Shown: positions 19,427 through 21,178 of the stretch, piece after piece
Layout: every line of letters starts with the position of its first letter
How positions within the stretch are numbered: the stretch's first letter is position 1
From: Octopus sinensis
Lineage: Eukaryota
Assembly (NCBI RefSeq): GCF_006345805.1
Contig: NW_021823776.1
Span: 1 to 21,178 of the forward strand
Length of the DNA: 21,178 nucleotides
Direction of reading: 5' to 3'
Position numbers and translations under genes: made by a program
Notes under the pieces: model-generated
The model's database searches: none
Told to the model about the DNA's origin: nothing
Seen by the model: only the letters and a program-made list of their open reading frames with translations

Positions 19427-20204
19427 TTAAACTTAAATGTTGAAGTGAATCGAACGGCTTTTGTGTGTTTCTTAAATGGCTTACAAACACCTTCAACGCT
19501 GCAATTGTTTTCGTTTCAGCACACGATCTCAGATCAAATTACTTGCTATGCGAGTACATCTCCGTAAAGAAAAAAAAATCTTTGAGATATTTAAATGCTC
19601 ACCATTTACGAAGCCAAAAGAAAATTGCACAACTTAGATATCGCTTTAAACCACCAGCCTGCCATAATGTTATAAATACATACATACATACATACATACA
19701 TACATACATGCAAGTGGCTGTTATAAAGGTATAGACCCTCTTCGATCATGAATGACCATGGGATTGCACCTACAAAGTTCCCCACCGAAGCACAAGTTCG
19801 GGCAAGATTGTATTTGAGGCTTTATGTTTCATAGGGAGCGTTTTGCTAATTCCATTAACAATTCAGCCACCTCGCTTCGATCATTAGTATAATGGCTGCC
19901 ATAGGGTTTGCGACAATTTCATTATAGTTTCATTATTAGGGGGCTACATTAGGGAGTCACTATAGTCCCCAGTCTAGCAATAAAGAAGTTATGCATAAAC
20001 TAACATCTGGAGGTGAAAAATTAAGTGGCCGGCTGTTGTAATAGGCTATTGTGGGGACAAAAATATTAAGTCAGAGATATACATTTTCACATGGAGATAT
20101 GAAAGGGCAAGTGTCTGTAAGAGTGTGTGTGCGGGAGAGAGAGAGAGGGTCTACTGAAAGCAGTTCCGATTTAGGGATGAACAACAAAAATGCATCCATA
20201 AAAC

Positions 20205-20613
20205 TGTACATACATACATACATACACACACATACATACATGCATGCATACTACATACATACATACATACATACGTACATACATACATACACATACATAC
20301 ATGCATGCATGCATACATACATACATACATACATACATACATACATACATACATACATACATACATCACACATACATACATGCATGCATACATACATACG
20401 TACATACATACATACATACATACATACACACACATACATACATGCATGCATACATACATACATACATACATACATACATACATACACATACATACATGCA
20501 TGCATGCATGTATGTATGCATACATACATACATACATACATACATACATACATACATACATACACACACATACATGCATGCATGCATACATACATACATA
20601 CATACATACATAG
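20205..20613. repeat. (CATA)n tetranucleotide array with CATG and CACA variants
   Basis: Seen directly; it explains the HTYI and MYVC ORFs. Confidence 0.97.
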
Positions 20614-20657
20614 ATATATCCGCCTTTTTAGTATGTTGAGCTCTTGAAGACCACTTG

Positions 20658-20834
20658 CATTTTTTTCCCTCTGACCTCCCACCTCGGGATCTTTCTTCCT
20701 CCTATGTTTCCGACGAAGAGCTCCGCTCGAAACGTCATACCCTCCTTCTTCCCTTTTTTCCTGAGCGCCTAATAATACTTTAATTGTTCCACCTCCTCGC
20801 GTTGTTGTCTTTTTTGTTTTCTTGTTTTGGATTA

Positions 20835-20837
<3 letters not shown>
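20658..20837 (+). mobile_element. Dispersed element of about 180 bp carrying a hammerhead-like motif, copy 2
   Basis: Homologous to 13910-14093; followed by (TA)n. Confidence 0.7.
20706..20740 (+). ncRNA. Minimal type-I hammerhead-like motif, U4C core, GUC triplet
   Basis: GUUU-CCGACGA-A-GAGC(UCC)GCUC-GAAA-C-GUC-AUAC; helix I has one mismatch. Confidence 0.48.
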
Positions 20838-20876
<39 letters not shown>

Positions 20877-20995
20877 CATACATGCGTGCATGCATGCATC
20901 CGCATCTGCATACATACATCATACATACATACAACATACATACATACATACATACATACATACATACATACATACATACATACATACATACATAG
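20838..20995. repeat. (TA)n followed by (CATA)n microsatellite
   Basis: Seen directly. Confidence 0.92.
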
Positions 20996-21178
20996 ATGGC
21001 ATGCTGCATATATACATGCATACAAAGAGATCCAATCCATCATTGGAACTGTAATAATCTGTAAAACTTTCCGGAAGTTATCATTTAAATGCAACTATAT
21101 GCATAGGAATACATACATAAAACAAAACGTACAAATCTGCACATACATACATACAAACATAAATATATAAACATACAT

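Larger units (their letters stand above)
19064..19506. mobile_element. Three-arm inverted plus direct repeat (130-140 bp arms), resembling a Penelope pseudo-LTR or retrozyme
   Basis: Arm 1 (19064-19205) is inverted relative to arm 2 (19212-19340) and arm 3 (19365-19506). Each arm contains a hammerhead-like fold. Confidence 0.65.

Noticed and set aside
19731-19810. Possible fragment of another dispersed repeat (gaccctcttcgatcatgaatgaccatggg...)
   Set aside because: It seems familiar from memory, but it is single-copy here with no termini or TSD, so it cannot be supported from the window.
880-21170. All long ORFs in the supplied track (poly-His/Thr/Val/Gly, CVCV, HTYI and similar)
   Set aside because: They are stop-free readings of di-, tri- and tetranucleotide repeats or of SINE bodies, open in several frames and on both strands, with no recognisable domain.

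Overview
Repeat-saturated eukaryotic non-coding DNA, most likely from an octopus or related coleoid. That assignment is inferred from remembered resemblance of the SINEs to octopus tRNA-derived SINEs, not from a search. No protein-coding gene is supported: nearly all long ORFs are stop-free readings of microsatellites or SINEs, and there is one weak 71-nt candidate exon. The window holds four tRNA-derived SINE families, labelled A-D here, which occur as monomers, tandem multimers and chimeras. It also holds MITE-like DNA-transposon remnants, 52-, 124- and 138-bp tandem repeats and many microsatellites. The main unexpected signal is two separate families of minimal type-I hammerhead-ribozyme-like motifs with non-canonical cores. 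One has a compensatory G3:C8 core and lies in a three-arm inverted plus direct repeat at 19064-19506, resembling a Penelope pseudo-LTR or retrozyme. The other has a U4C core and lies in a dispersed element ending in (TA)n, present at about 13910-14093 and 20658-20837. Ribozyme activity is inferred from structure only.
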